Below are positions 6,735-16,377 of a stretch of DNA of 19,497 nucleotides, piece after piece (position 1 is the first letter of the stretch; every line of letters begins with the position of its first letter). Under the pieces are notes generated by a model. That model saw nothing but the letters and a program-made list of their open reading frames with translations. It did not search any database and was not told the origin of the DNA. The DNA is from Gemmatimonadota bacterium (lineage in GTDB: Bacteria; Gemmatimonadota; Gemmatimonadetes; Longimicrobiales; RSA9), in NCBI GenBank assembly GCA_040905425.1, contig JBBDRO010000081.1, positions 1 to 19,497 on the forward strand. Reading direction: 5' to 3'. The translations under genes and the position numbers were made by a program.

Positions 6735-7781
6735 GTGGCGGCGCGCTTGCGCCGCTCCAGTGCCGGGGAGCGGGTGGCGCGGGCCGGGCGGGTAAGCGCC
6801 GGGGCCGCGCTCCTGGCGCTGGCAGCGCTCACGGCGGGTAGCGCGGCCGGTCAGGCCACCCCGCCGGCCGAGCCGCCCCCCGAGTGGGGGCCCACCGCCG
6901 CGGACTACACCAACGTGCCCTACCCGCACCCGGTGGCCTTCCTGGAGTTCACCGTGCATGGGGCGGACGTGCGCCTGGCGTTCATGGACGTGGCGCCCGC
7001 GGGTCCGGCCAACGGGCGCACCGTCATGCTCTTCCACGGCATGAACTTCTTCGCCGCCGCCTTCGAGCCCACCATCGCGGCGCTGACGGCGGCGGGGTTC
7101 CGCGTGGTGGCCATCGACCGGCTCGGCTACGGGCGCTCCTCCAAGCCGATCATCCCCTACAACCTGCACCTGGCCGCCACCAACGCGAAGCGCGTGCTCG
7201 ACCACCTGGGTATCGAGCGGGCCGCCGTGGTGGGCCACTCCATGGGCGGTATGGTGGCCGCGCGCTTTGCCTTCAGCTATCCGGAGACCGCCACGCGGCT
7301 GGTGCTGGTCAACCCCATCGGCCTCACGGATCCGCGCGGTTCGCGGCCGTGGCGCGACCCGCAGGAGGCGTACGCCGGCGTGTTGCGCTCCACCAGCTAC
7401 GGGTCGATCCTGCGCAACCACATGCGCTACTATCCCGAGTGGCGCGCCGAGTATCTGCAGTGGGTCCGCTACCAGTACGGCCTCACGCTGAGTGGCGAGT
7501 GGCCGCGTCTGGCCCGGGTGCGGGCGCTGCAGCAGCAGATTCTCTACGAGGACCCGGTCGTGCACGACTGGCCGCACATCCGCACCCCCGCGCTGGTCAT
7601 CGGGGGTGAGGAGGACGGTCCCCGCTTCCCCGAGCTGGCGCGCAACGCGGCGGCCACACTCCCCGACGCCGAGCTGGTGCTCTTCCCGGGCGTGGGGCAC
7701 ATCCCGCAGTTCGAGATCCCGGAGCGTTTCCATGCGGAGCTGATCCGCTTCCTGGGAGCCGGGCCGGCGGGCGACGGCTGA
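6735..7781 (+). CDS. Secreted alpha/beta fold hydrolase (about 348 aa; start uncertain, GTG 6735 or 6774)
   Basis: HG oxyanion motif (LFHGMNF), DRLGYGRS, nucleophile GHSMGG, acid GGEED and His in GVGHIP; signal-like AALLALAALTAGSAAG-Q. Confidence 0.88.
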   Translation: MAARLRRSSAGERVARAGRVSAGAALLALAALTAGSAAGQATPPAEPPPEWGPTAADYTNVPYPHPVAFLEFTVHGADVRLAFMDVAPAGPANGRTVMLFHGMNFFAAAFEPTIAALTAAGFRVVAIDRLGYGRSSKPIIPYNLHLAATNAKRVLDHLGIERAAVVGHSMGGMVAARFAFSYPETATRLVLVNPIGLTDPRGSRPWRDPQEAYAGVLRSTSYGSILRNHMRYYPEWRAEYLQWVRYQYGLTLSGEWPRLARVRALQQQILYEDPVVHDWPHIRTPALVIGGEEDGPRFPELARNAAATLPDAELVLFPGVGHIPQFEIPERFHAELIRFLGAGPAGDG

Positions 7782-7829
7782 GGCCGGCGGCCCCTGGTGC
7801 CGCGGGCGGGCCGGCCTAGTTTCCCTCCC

Positions 7830-8990
7830 ATGCGCCTGGATCCCGGAGACGTGGCCCTCTGCGTGGCCGATGACGGCCCGCCCACCGCCTCGGGCGCTCG
7901 CCCCGCGGCCACGCCCATCGTCCAGACCTCCCTCTTTGCCCACCCCGACCTGAGCTCCCTCACGGACGCGCTGGCCGCCGAGCACGCCAGCCACGTCTAC
8001 ACGCGCGGGCAGAATCCCACGGTCGAGACGCTCGAACGCAAGCTGGCGCTGCTGGAAGGCGGGGAGGCGTGCAAGGCGTTCGCGTCCGGGATGGCGGCGG
8101 TGAGCGCCGTGCTCATGGGGCTCCTCGAGGCCGGCGACCATGTGCTGTTCGTCAACCACACCTACGGCCCCACGCTCCAGCTGGCCGAGCACCTGGGCCG
8201 CTTCGGCATCACTCATTCCACGGTCCTGGACGTCAGCCCCGAGGCCGTGGCCGCCGCACTCCGCCCGGAGACGAAGCTGGTGTGGCTGGAGAGCCCCGGC
8301 ACCATGCTCTTCCGCCTGGTGGACGTGGCGGCGGTGGCGGAGCTGGCGCGCAAGCGCGGCGTCCTCACGTGCATGGACAACTCCTGGGCCACCCCGCTGC
8401 TGCAGAAGCCGCTGGCACTCGGCGTGGACATGGTGGTGCACAGCGCCACCAAGTATCTCGGTGGCCACAGTGACGTGGTGGCGGGCGCGTTGGTCACCAG
8501 CGCCGCGCGCCTGCAGCGGATCTTCTACCGCGCCTACCTGCTGAATGGCGGTGCGCTGGCCCCCTTCAACGCCTTCCTGGTGCTGCGCGGGTTGCGCACG
8601 CTGCCCGTGCGCCTGCGCCAGCACGAGGCGGACGCCCTGGAGGTGGCGCGCTACCTGGAGACGCACGATGCCGTGGCCGCCGTCCATCATCCCGCGTTGC
8701 GCGAGCCGGAGCTGGCCGCGCGCCAGTTGGCCGGCACCACCGGCCTCTTCAGCTTCGAGCTGGCGGACGCCTCCTACGCGCGCGTGCGCCGCTTCATCGA
8801 CGCGCTCGAGCACTTCCGCATCGGCGTGAGCTGGGGCGGCGTGGAGAGCCTGGTCATCACGCCGAGCCGGGAGGACAACGCCGCCGCCCTGACCGCCCGC
8901 GGCATCCCGCCCGGCCTCGTGCGTCTGTCCGTGGGCCTGGAGAGCGCGGAGCTGCTCATCGCGGACCTGGACCAGGCACTGTCATTCTAA
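7830..8990 (+). CDS. Cys/Met-metabolism PLP-dependent lyase, cystathionine beta-lyase (MetC)-like, 386 aa
   Basis: YTRGQNPT, FASGMAA, WLESP, DNSWATP, PLP lysine in HSATKYLGGHSD, GVSWGGVESL and VRLSVGLE. Confidence 0.92.
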   Translation: MRLDPGDVALCVADDGPPTASGARPAATPIVQTSLFAHPDLSSLTDALAAEHASHVYTRGQNPTVETLERKLALLEGGEACKAFASGMAAVSAVLMGLLEAGDHVLFVNHTYGPTLQLAEHLGRFGITHSTVLDVSPEAVAAALRPETKLVWLESPGTMLFRLVDVAAVAELARKRGVLTCMDNSWATPLLQKPLALGVDMVVHSATKYLGGHSDVVAGALVTSAARLQRIFYRAYLLNGGALAPFNAFLVLRGLRTLPVRLRQHEADALEVARYLETHDAVAAVHHPALREPELAARQLAGTTGLFSFELADASYARVRRFIDALEHFRIGVSWGGVESLVITPSREDNAAALTARGIPPGLVRLSVGLESAELLIADLDQALSF

Positions 8991-9066
8991 GCGACGATGC
9001 CCGTCAGCTTCCACGCGCGCCGCGCCCGCGGGCGCAGCTGATCCTCCCGTGCCACCGTCCGACCCC

Positions 9067-10518
9067 ATGAGCGCACGTCCCCCACTCACGCTGGCCGAGG
9101 CACTGCTCCCCGTGCTCACCATGTTCGCCCTCTTCACGGCGGGCGCGCTCACGCTGGGCACGAGCGGCGAGCTGCTGGTGGCGGTGCTGCTGGCCGCGGC
9201 GGCCGTGGCCGGCGCCGTGGCCACCCGCCACGGCCACGGCTGGGAGGAGATCCAGCGCGCCACCGGCCAGAAGCTGGCCGGGGTGCTGCCCGCCCTGCTC
9301 ATCCTGCTCTCCATCGGACTTCTCATTGCCACCTGGGTGCTCTCCGGCACCATCCCCTACCTGGTCTACTGGGGCGTGCAGCTGGTGAGCCCGCGCTATC
9401 TGGCGCTCACCGCCTTCCTGGCCACCGCCACCATGTCCCTCTTCACCGGCACCTCCTGGGGCTCGGCGGGCACCATCGGCGTAGCGCTCATGGGCACCGC
9501 GGCCGCGCTCGGCGCGCCGCTGCCGCTGGTGGCGGGCGCCGTGGTCTCCGGCGCCTACTTCGGGGACAAGATGTCCCCGCTCTCCGACTCCACGAACATC
9601 GCCGCCATCGGCGCGGGCTCGGAGCTCTACGCGCACATCCGGCACATGGTGTGGACGGCGGGGCCGTCGTTCGTGGTGGCGCTCGTGGCCTACGCCCTGC
9701 TCGGCGGCGGCGGCGCGGCCGCGGGCGGGATCCCGGAGGACGCCCGCCGCCTGCTCGGCGAGCTGGAGGCCGTCTTTACCCTGAACGCGCTTGTGCTGAT
9801 CCCGGCGGCCATCGTGGTGTGGAGCATCGTGCGCCGTGTGCCGGCCGCCCTGGCCATCACCGCCTCCTCCGTGGTGGCGCTCGTGATGGGGGTGTGGCTG
9901 CAGGGCTTCGGCTTCGGGGACGCCGTGACGGCGGCCGTGGCCGGCTTCCGCGCCGACATGATCCCGGGCATCGACCCCGCCGCCGTCGGCCAGAACTTCC
10001 TGGTCCTCGTGGAGCGGGGCGGCCTCTACTCCATGGCCACCACACTCATCGTGGTCATCGCGGCGTTCCTGCTGGCCGGCGCCATGGATGCCGCGGGCGC
10101 CCTGGACCTGCTCATCGGCCGCATGCTGGCCGCGGTGCGCTCCGTCTTCGGCCTGATCGCCGCCACCATGGCCTCGGGCGCCACCATGATCGCGCTCACC
10201 AGCCACGGCGGCGTGACGGCACTGGTCATCGGCGGCCTCTTCCAGAAGGCGTACGACGAGCGCGGCCTGGCGCGCGTGAACCTGTCCCGCTCGCTGGAGG
10301 ACTCGGTGACCATCACCGAGCCGCTCATGCCGTGGACCGTCTCCGCGGTCTTCATGGCCACCACGCTCGGCGTGCCCACCACCGCGTACGCGCCCTGGGC
10401 CGTGTTCTGTTATGGCGGGACGTGCTTCTCACTGCTGGTGGCGGGTCTGTACCGGTGGACGGGGCGGGGCGTGCGGGCCACAGCAGAACGCTCTGCTGGG
10501 CCACCACCCGTCAGGTGA
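9067..10518 (+). CDS. nhaC: NhaC-family Na+/H+ antiporter-like transporter (possible amino-acid transporter), about 483 aa
   Basis: Multiple TM segments; family motifs GTSWGSAGTIG, GAYFGDKMSPLSDSTN and NLSRSLEDSVT..PLMPW. Start at ATG 9067 (GTG 9049 is an alternative). Confidence 0.9.
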   Translation: MSARPPLTLAEALLPVLTMFALFTAGALTLGTSGELLVAVLLAAAAVAGAVATRHGHGWEEIQRATGQKLAGVLPALLILLSIGLLIATWVLSGTIPYLVYWGVQLVSPRYLALTAFLATATMSLFTGTSWGSAGTIGVALMGTAAALGAPLPLVAGAVVSGAYFGDKMSPLSDSTNIAAIGAGSELYAHIRHMVWTAGPSFVVALVAYALLGGGGAAAGGIPEDARRLLGELEAVFTLNALVLIPAAIVVWSIVRRVPAALAITASSVVALVMGVWLQGFGFGDAVTAAVAGFRADMIPGIDPAAVGQNFLVLVERGGLYSMATTLIVVIAAFLLAGAMDAAGALDLLIGRMLAAVRSVFGLIAATMASGATMIALTSHGGVTALVIGGLFQKAYDERGLARVNLSRSLEDSVTITEPLMPWTVSAVFMATTLGVPTTAYAPWAVFCYGGTCFSLLVAGLYRWTGRGVRATAERSAGPPPVR

Positions 10519-10595
10519 TGGCTGAGGACGTCTAACACGAGGGGCCGGCCGGGCCCTGGCCCGGCGGCGTGGCACCCTGCAACCGAAAGACCACC

Positions 10596-11018
10596 ATGGC
10601 ATCCCACAGTACCACCATTCGCCTCGACACCCGCGGGAACGACCAGATCCTGGACCTGACGGAGGAGCTGCGGGCCGTGGTGCGGGCCTGCGGCATCCGC
10701 TGCGGGCAGGCCACCGCCATGGTGGTGGGCTCCACCGCGGCGCTCACCACGCTGGAGTTCGAGCCGGGTCTCGTGGAGCATGATCTGGCGGCCGCGCTGG
10801 AACGCCTGGCTCCCCGCGACGGCCGCTACGCGCACGAGGAGACCTGGCACGATGACAACGGCCACAGCCACGTGCGTGCGGCACTGATCGGACCTTCCCT
10901 GGCGCTCCCCGTCGTGGATGGGGAACTGCCGCTCGGCACCTGGCAGCAGGCCGTCCTGATCGATCTGGACACCCGGCCCCGGCGCCGGGAGGTGGTCGTG
11001 ACGGTGGTGGGAGACTGA
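10596..11018 (+). CDS. yjbQ: YjbQ / UPF0047 family protein (secondary thiamine-phosphate synthase family), 140 aa
   Basis: Motifs GSTAALTT.E.EPGL..D, HDDNGHSHVRAALIGPS and LGTWQ. Confidence 0.9.
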   Translation: MASHSTTIRLDTRGNDQILDLTEELRAVVRACGIRCGQATAMVVGSTAALTTLEFEPGLVEHDLAAALERLAPRDGRYAHEETWHDDNGHSHVRAALIGPSLALPVVDGELPLGTWQQAVLIDLDTRPRRREVVVTVVGD

Positions 11019-11037
11019 GACCAGCCCGCGCCCCGCC

Positions 11038-12507
<1,470 letters not shown>

Positions 12508-12541
12508 GGTTGCGTCCTTCCTTCGTGTGCACGATTGCCGT

Positions 12542-13369
12542 CTACTCCTCCACCACGATGCCCACGCCCTCGGGTGTGCTCACCAGCCGGGGCAGGATGG
12601 CCCGCACGCTCCGCTCGCGGAAGGCGGCCAACGCCTCCGCCACTGAGGCAAAGTCCGCCAGCTCCTCCAGCGTACGCACGGTGGGAAACACCATGGGCAA
12701 CTCGCCCCGGGTGAAGCGCTCCAGCGCACTTCGCGGCGTGACCCAGGTCAGGTCCGTCATCTCACGCGCGTCACTCCGCGCGGCGCATCCGCCGGGCAGC
12801 TCGACCAGGAAGAAGTGCGTGTCATAGCGGCGCGGCTCCGCCTCGGGCGTGATCCAGTGCGCCGCGTGTACCAGGGCGGCCGGCTCCAACCGGAGGGACT
12901 CCCCCTCCAGCAGGTCGGCCAGCGAAGCGCTCCCCGCCATCAGCCGCTCCCGCCACGCCTCCAGCGCCGGATCGGCGGACGCATCCGGCGCCCACCCACC
13001 GTCGGGCCGGCGCGCCAGCAGCACCCCGGTCTCCTCGAAGACTTCACGGGCGGCCGCCACGCGGTATGAAGGCCGCGGTTCCCGCGGCACCTCCCCGGCG
13101 CCCGCCAGCGCCCGCTCATCCCGGTCCGCCCGGTCCACCCGCCCACCCGGAAAGACCCATGCGCCCGGCACGAACGCCGCGCCCAGGTGGCGGCGCATCA
13201 ACAGCACTTCGGGGCCGCTGGCCCCGTCACGCAGGAGCACGGCGGTGGCGGCCGGCCGGGGTTCCGCGGGCGTATCGGAGGGCTCGGCCAGGTACGTCAG
13301 CAGGCGCTCGGCAAACCCTTCCGGAAGCCGCTCGCGGGGAATCACGAAGCGGGGATCCGGCACGCTCAT
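12542..13369 (-). CDS. Nudix hydrolase (split Nudix box, NUDT19-like subfamily), 275 aa
   Basis: PRPAATAVLLRD, WVFPGGRVD...AAAREVFEETG and HWITPEAEPRRYDTHFF; ATGA overlap with the upstream gene. Confidence 0.9.
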   Translation of the reverse strand: MSVPDPRFVIPRERLPEGFAERLLTYLAEPSDTPAEPRPAATAVLLRDGASGPEVLLMRRHLGAAFVPGAWVFPGGRVDRADRDERALAGAGEVPREPRPSYRVAAAREVFEETGVLLARRPDGGWAPDASADPALEAWRERLMAGSASLADLLEGESLRLEPAALVHAAHWITPEAEPRRYDTHFFLVELPGGCAARSDAREMTDLTWVTPRSALERFTRGELPMVFPTVRTLEELADFASVAEALAAFRERSVRAILPRLVSTPEGVGIVVEE

Positions 13370-14331
13370 CGGCCTTCCTGGTTGCGATAGCGGATGCCGC
13401 CCATCCAGGCCGCCACGTCCGCGGCGTTGACCACCCCCACCACCGTGTCACCCTCCACCACGAGGACGCGTCCGGTCGGCGCCGCGCGCAGCTCCTCGAT
13501 GACCTCCGTCATGGGCAAGCTGGCCGCCACGCGCACCTCGTCGTCGGCGCCGTGGAAGCCCGCCGCGACAGGGCGCATGAGGCGCGCCGCGCTGGCGCCA
13601 TCCAGCGCCGAGCGGGCCAGGTGCTGGCGCACGCTGGAGCGGGCGGCGTTGCCCAGGAACCAGCCGATGAACATCAGCCACAGACCGCTCACGATCTGTC
13701 CCCCCACGGCCAGCAGCACACCGAAGCCGATGAGCAGCCACCCCAACCCCTGGCCCGCGCGTGCCGCCACGCGGGTGGCCCGGGTCATGTCACCGGTCAC
13801 CTTCCACACCGCGGCGCGCAGCAGCCTACCCCCGTCCAGCGGGAAGCCCGGCAGTAGGTTGAAGACGGCGAGCGCCAGGTTCAGCGCCGCCAGGTAGGTG
13901 GCCACCACCGCCACGGCGGGGGACGCGTCGGCCGCCGCCGCTGCCCAGCCGATGAGCCAGAAGAGCGCGGCCAGACCGAAGCTGGCCAGCGGCCCCACGC
14001 CGGCGATCTGGAACTCGTCCCCCGGTGTGGTGGACTCCGAGCGCGTGCGCGCCAGCCCGCCGAAGACAAAGAGCGTGATGCCGTCCACCTCGATGCCCTT
14101 CACCCGTGCTACCACCGCGTGCGCCAGCTCGTGGATGATCAGGGACACGAAGAAGAGCACGGTGCCGCCCAAGCCCATGGCCAGGTAGGCCACGGAGGAG
14201 AGCCCCGGCGCCGCCGCGGGGAAAACGCCCGCCGTGAAGGACCACAGGATGAGGAAGAAGAGGATGAGCCAGGAGTAGTCCGCCGAGATGGGAAACCCCA
14301 TCATGCGCCCGAGGGAGAAGCCGCGTGCCAT
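13366..14331 (-). CDS. Site-2 protease (peptidase M50) with a C-terminal CBS-like domain, 321 aa
   Basis: HELAH zinc motif, FNLLPGFPLDGG and several TM helices; ATG overlaps the hutF stop (TGATG). Confidence 0.92.
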   Translation of the reverse strand: MARGFSLGRMMGFPISADYSWLILFFLILWSFTAGVFPAAAPGLSSVAYLAMGLGGTVLFFVSLIIHELAHAVVARVKGIEVDGITLFVFGGLARTRSESTTPGDEFQIAGVGPLASFGLAALFWLIGWAAAAADASPAVAVVATYLAALNLALAVFNLLPGFPLDGGRLLRAAVWKVTGDMTRATRVAARAGQGLGWLLIGFGVLLAVGGQIVSGLWLMFIGWFLGNAARSSVRQHLARSALDGASAARLMRPVAAGFHGADDEVRVAASLPMTEVIEELRAAPTGRVLVVEGDTVVGVVNAADVAAWMGGIRYRNQEGR

Positions 14332-15809
14332 CAGGCGCCTCCCCGGCGGCACGCCACATCACGAAACGCCGCCTGCGCCTCCGCCTCGAGCGGGTGGACG
14401 CCGTCCACCACACGGTGCACCCCACCCACCCAGACATCACGCACGGCGTCCAGCGGGCCGGAGAGCGCGAGTAGCGGCGCCAGGGTGTCCGGCGACCAGC
14501 CGGCCAGCGCCCGGTGCTCCAGCTCCACGCTCACCAGATCGGCCAGGGCGCCCGGCTCGATCTTCCCGGCGTGCAGGCCCAGCGCCCGGGCACCGCCCGC
14601 GCTGGCCGCCTCCAGCAGCGCCGGGGCGGCGGCCAGGCGGTCGTGGTCCGCGCGGGCCAGCACCACCCGCCGCCTGCTGCGCAGTCGCTCATGATATTCC
14701 AGGGAACGCATCTCGTCGAAGGGATCGATGACGCTCTGGCTGTCCGTGCCCAGGGCCAGCGGCACCCCGGCGGCCAGCAGCTCCGCCGCAGGGAGGATGC
14801 CGTCCCCCAGATCCCGCTCCGTGGTGGGGCACGCGCAGACGGTGGCGCCGCTCGCCGCGAGCGCCTGGATCTCCGCCTGATCGAGGTGCGTGGCGTGCAC
14901 CACGGTGGTGTCCCCGCCGAGCGCGCCCTCCGCGTCCAGCAGCGCCACCGGCCGCACTCCGTAGGCCTCCAGGCAGGCGGCCACCTCGGCCGGTTGCTCC
15001 GCGGCGTGCACATGGAGCGGAACCGCCCGGGCACGCGCCCACGCCGCCAGTTCTCCCAGCCACGCGCGCGGCACCGCGCGCACGCTGTGCGGGGCAACGC
15101 CGACCGTGGCCAGCCCCTGGCCGCCCTTCGACTGGCCGCCCTTCGACTCGCCGCCCTCCGACTGGCCGTCACCCTTCTGGCCGCCACCCTGCTGGCCACC
15201 GCCCTCCTGGCCGACCGCCGCCAGCAGGCTGGCTGTGCGCTCCAGGAACGCCTCCCGCGTGGGCGCCGCGAAGCGCCGTTGCTCGGGCGCGAGCGGCGCG
15301 CCGATGCCGCCCGTGGCGTAACACACGTTCAGCAGGCGGATGCGGATCCCCGCGGAGCGGGCGGCCGCGAGTACGCGCAGCGCCAGTTCGTTCGGGTCCG
15401 CGTAAGGCGCGCCGTTCGGCTGCATGTGCAGGTAGTGGAACTCACCCACGGCGGTCCAGCCGGCGCGCAGCATCTCCACGAAGCAGAAGCGCGCCACCGC
15501 CTCCACCTCCGCGGGCTCCAGCGCTCCCGCCGCGGCGTACATGGCCTGGCGCCAGCTCCAGAAATCGGCGTGCGGTTGGTCCGCCGGCCGCCACTGCGTC
15601 CGGCCGCGCAGCAGGCGCTGGAAGGCATGCGAATGGGCGTTGACGAAGCCGGGCAGGAGCGCGCGCGCCGGCAGGTGCAGGGCGTCGTCGCTTACATCCG
15701 TAGCGGGGATCAGGGCACGGATCTGCCCTGTTTCCGGATCCAGCACCACGGCCAGGCCGGCCTCGAACCGGCCGTCCCGCCACAGTAGTTCGGGGACGAG
15801 TGTGGTCAC
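14331..15809 (-). CDS. hutF: Formimidoylglutamate deiminase, 492 aa
   Basis: NAHSHAFQR, DFWSWR..MY, EFHYLH, APHSVRAV, HVHAAEQ, CPTTERDLGDG and GTDS; near hutU. GTG start at 15809 overlaps the upstream stop (GTGA). Confidence 0.92.
   Translation of the reverse strand: MTTLVPELLWRDGRFEAGLAVVLDPETGQIRALIPATDVSDDALHLPARALLPGFVNAHSHAFQRLLRGRTQWRPADQPHADFWSWRQAMYAAAGALEPAEVEAVARFCFVEMLRAGWTAVGEFHYLHMQPNGAPYADPNELALRVLAAARSAGIRIRLLNVCYATGGIGAPLAPEQRRFAAPTREAFLERTASLLAAVGQEGGGQQGGGQKGDGQSEGGESKGGQSKGGQGLATVGVAPHSVRAVPRAWLGELAAWARARAVPLHVHAAEQPAEVAACLEAYGVRPVALLDAEGALGGDTTVVHATHLDQAEIQALAASGATVCACPTTERDLGDGILPAAELLAAGVPLALGTDSQSVIDPFDEMRSLEYHERLRSRRRVVLARADHDRLAAAPALLEAASAGGARALGLHAGKIEPGALADLVSVELEHRALAGWSPDTLAPLLALSGPLDAVRDVWVGGVHRVVDGVHPLEAEAQAAFRDVACRRGGA
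15117..15206. repeat. 15-bp minisatellite, six degenerate copies, in frame within hutF
   Basis: CTGGCCGCCCTTCGA x2, CTCGCCGCCCTCCGA, CTGGCCGTCACCCTT, CTGGCCGCCACCCTG, CTGGCCACCGCCCTC, then a partial CTGGCCG; encodes GQEGG-GQQGG-GQKGD-GQSEG-GESKG-GQSKG-GQ. Confidence 0.9.
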
Positions 15810-16339
15810 GAGCCGCCCGGAGCGGTGCGCGCCACCGGCGGCGGTTCGAACCACGCGCCGGGGTCGTAGCAGCCTACCAACGCGTCGGGCGCGGCGGGCA
15901 GCGCGGCGTGCAGCGCGCGGCGGATCTCCCGCGGATCGGTGGCGGTGCCCACCCAGCGGGCGCCGGCATAGCGGTAGGTCGAGTCGGCCAGTTGCACCGC
16001 CCATACGCCCGGGCGCGTGCGGTCCTCCAGGCGGAGCTCCACCAGGTACCACCCGTCCACCCGGATGATGGCCCCGGCCTCCACCGCGCCCGGCCATTCG
16101 CCCGCCGCGCCCAGCTCCGGTTCGGTGGCCAGCAGCCCCACGATGAGGGACCGCCCTTCGGGGGAGTCGGGCAGCACCAGCAGCACCGAGTCGCAGGCCT
16201 CTTCGGCAAGCCGGGGCACCACCACGGTGTCCGGGGCGGGCAGCACCTCACCGGGCTCCTGCCCCGCGTCGGCGCCCCCGTTGCCGCCGCCGCACGCCGC
16301 CAGCGCCAGCAGAAAGGTTGGCAGGAGCCAGCGCCTCAC
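15806..16339 (-). CDS. Hypothetical lipoprotein, 177 aa
   Basis: GGAGG RBS before GTG 16339; MRRWLLPTFLLALAA-C lipobox; stop overlaps the hutF start. Confidence 0.78.
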   Translation of the reverse strand: MRRWLLPTFLLALAACGGGNGGADAGQEPGEVLPAPDTVVVPRLAEEACDSVLLVLPDSPEGRSLIVGLLATEPELGAAGEWPGAVEAGAIIRVDGWYLVELRLEDRTRPGVWAVQLADSTYRYAGARWVGTATDPREIRRALHAALPAAPDALVGCYDPGAWFEPPPVARTAPGGS

Positions 16340-16377
16340 TGGCTGCCCTCCCGCATCGGCAGGCAGCGCTGCCCACC

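Noticed and set aside
7781..7817. Inverted repeat AGGCCGGC/GCCGGCCT between the hydrolase and the lyase; possible terminator or SAM riboswitch
   Set aside because: The 48-nt gap is too short for a riboswitch, has no conserved core, and the U-tract is weak.
10481..10565. Hairpins CAGCAGA/TCTGCTG and GCCGGGC/GCCCGGC plus GTCTAAC (attC-like start)
   Set aside because: No matching GTTRRRY end, no integrase and no U-tract; short GC hairpins arise by chance here.
15117..15206. Possible CRISPR-like array
   Set aside because: The units are contiguous 15-mers without spacers, lie in frame within hutF, and no cas genes are present.
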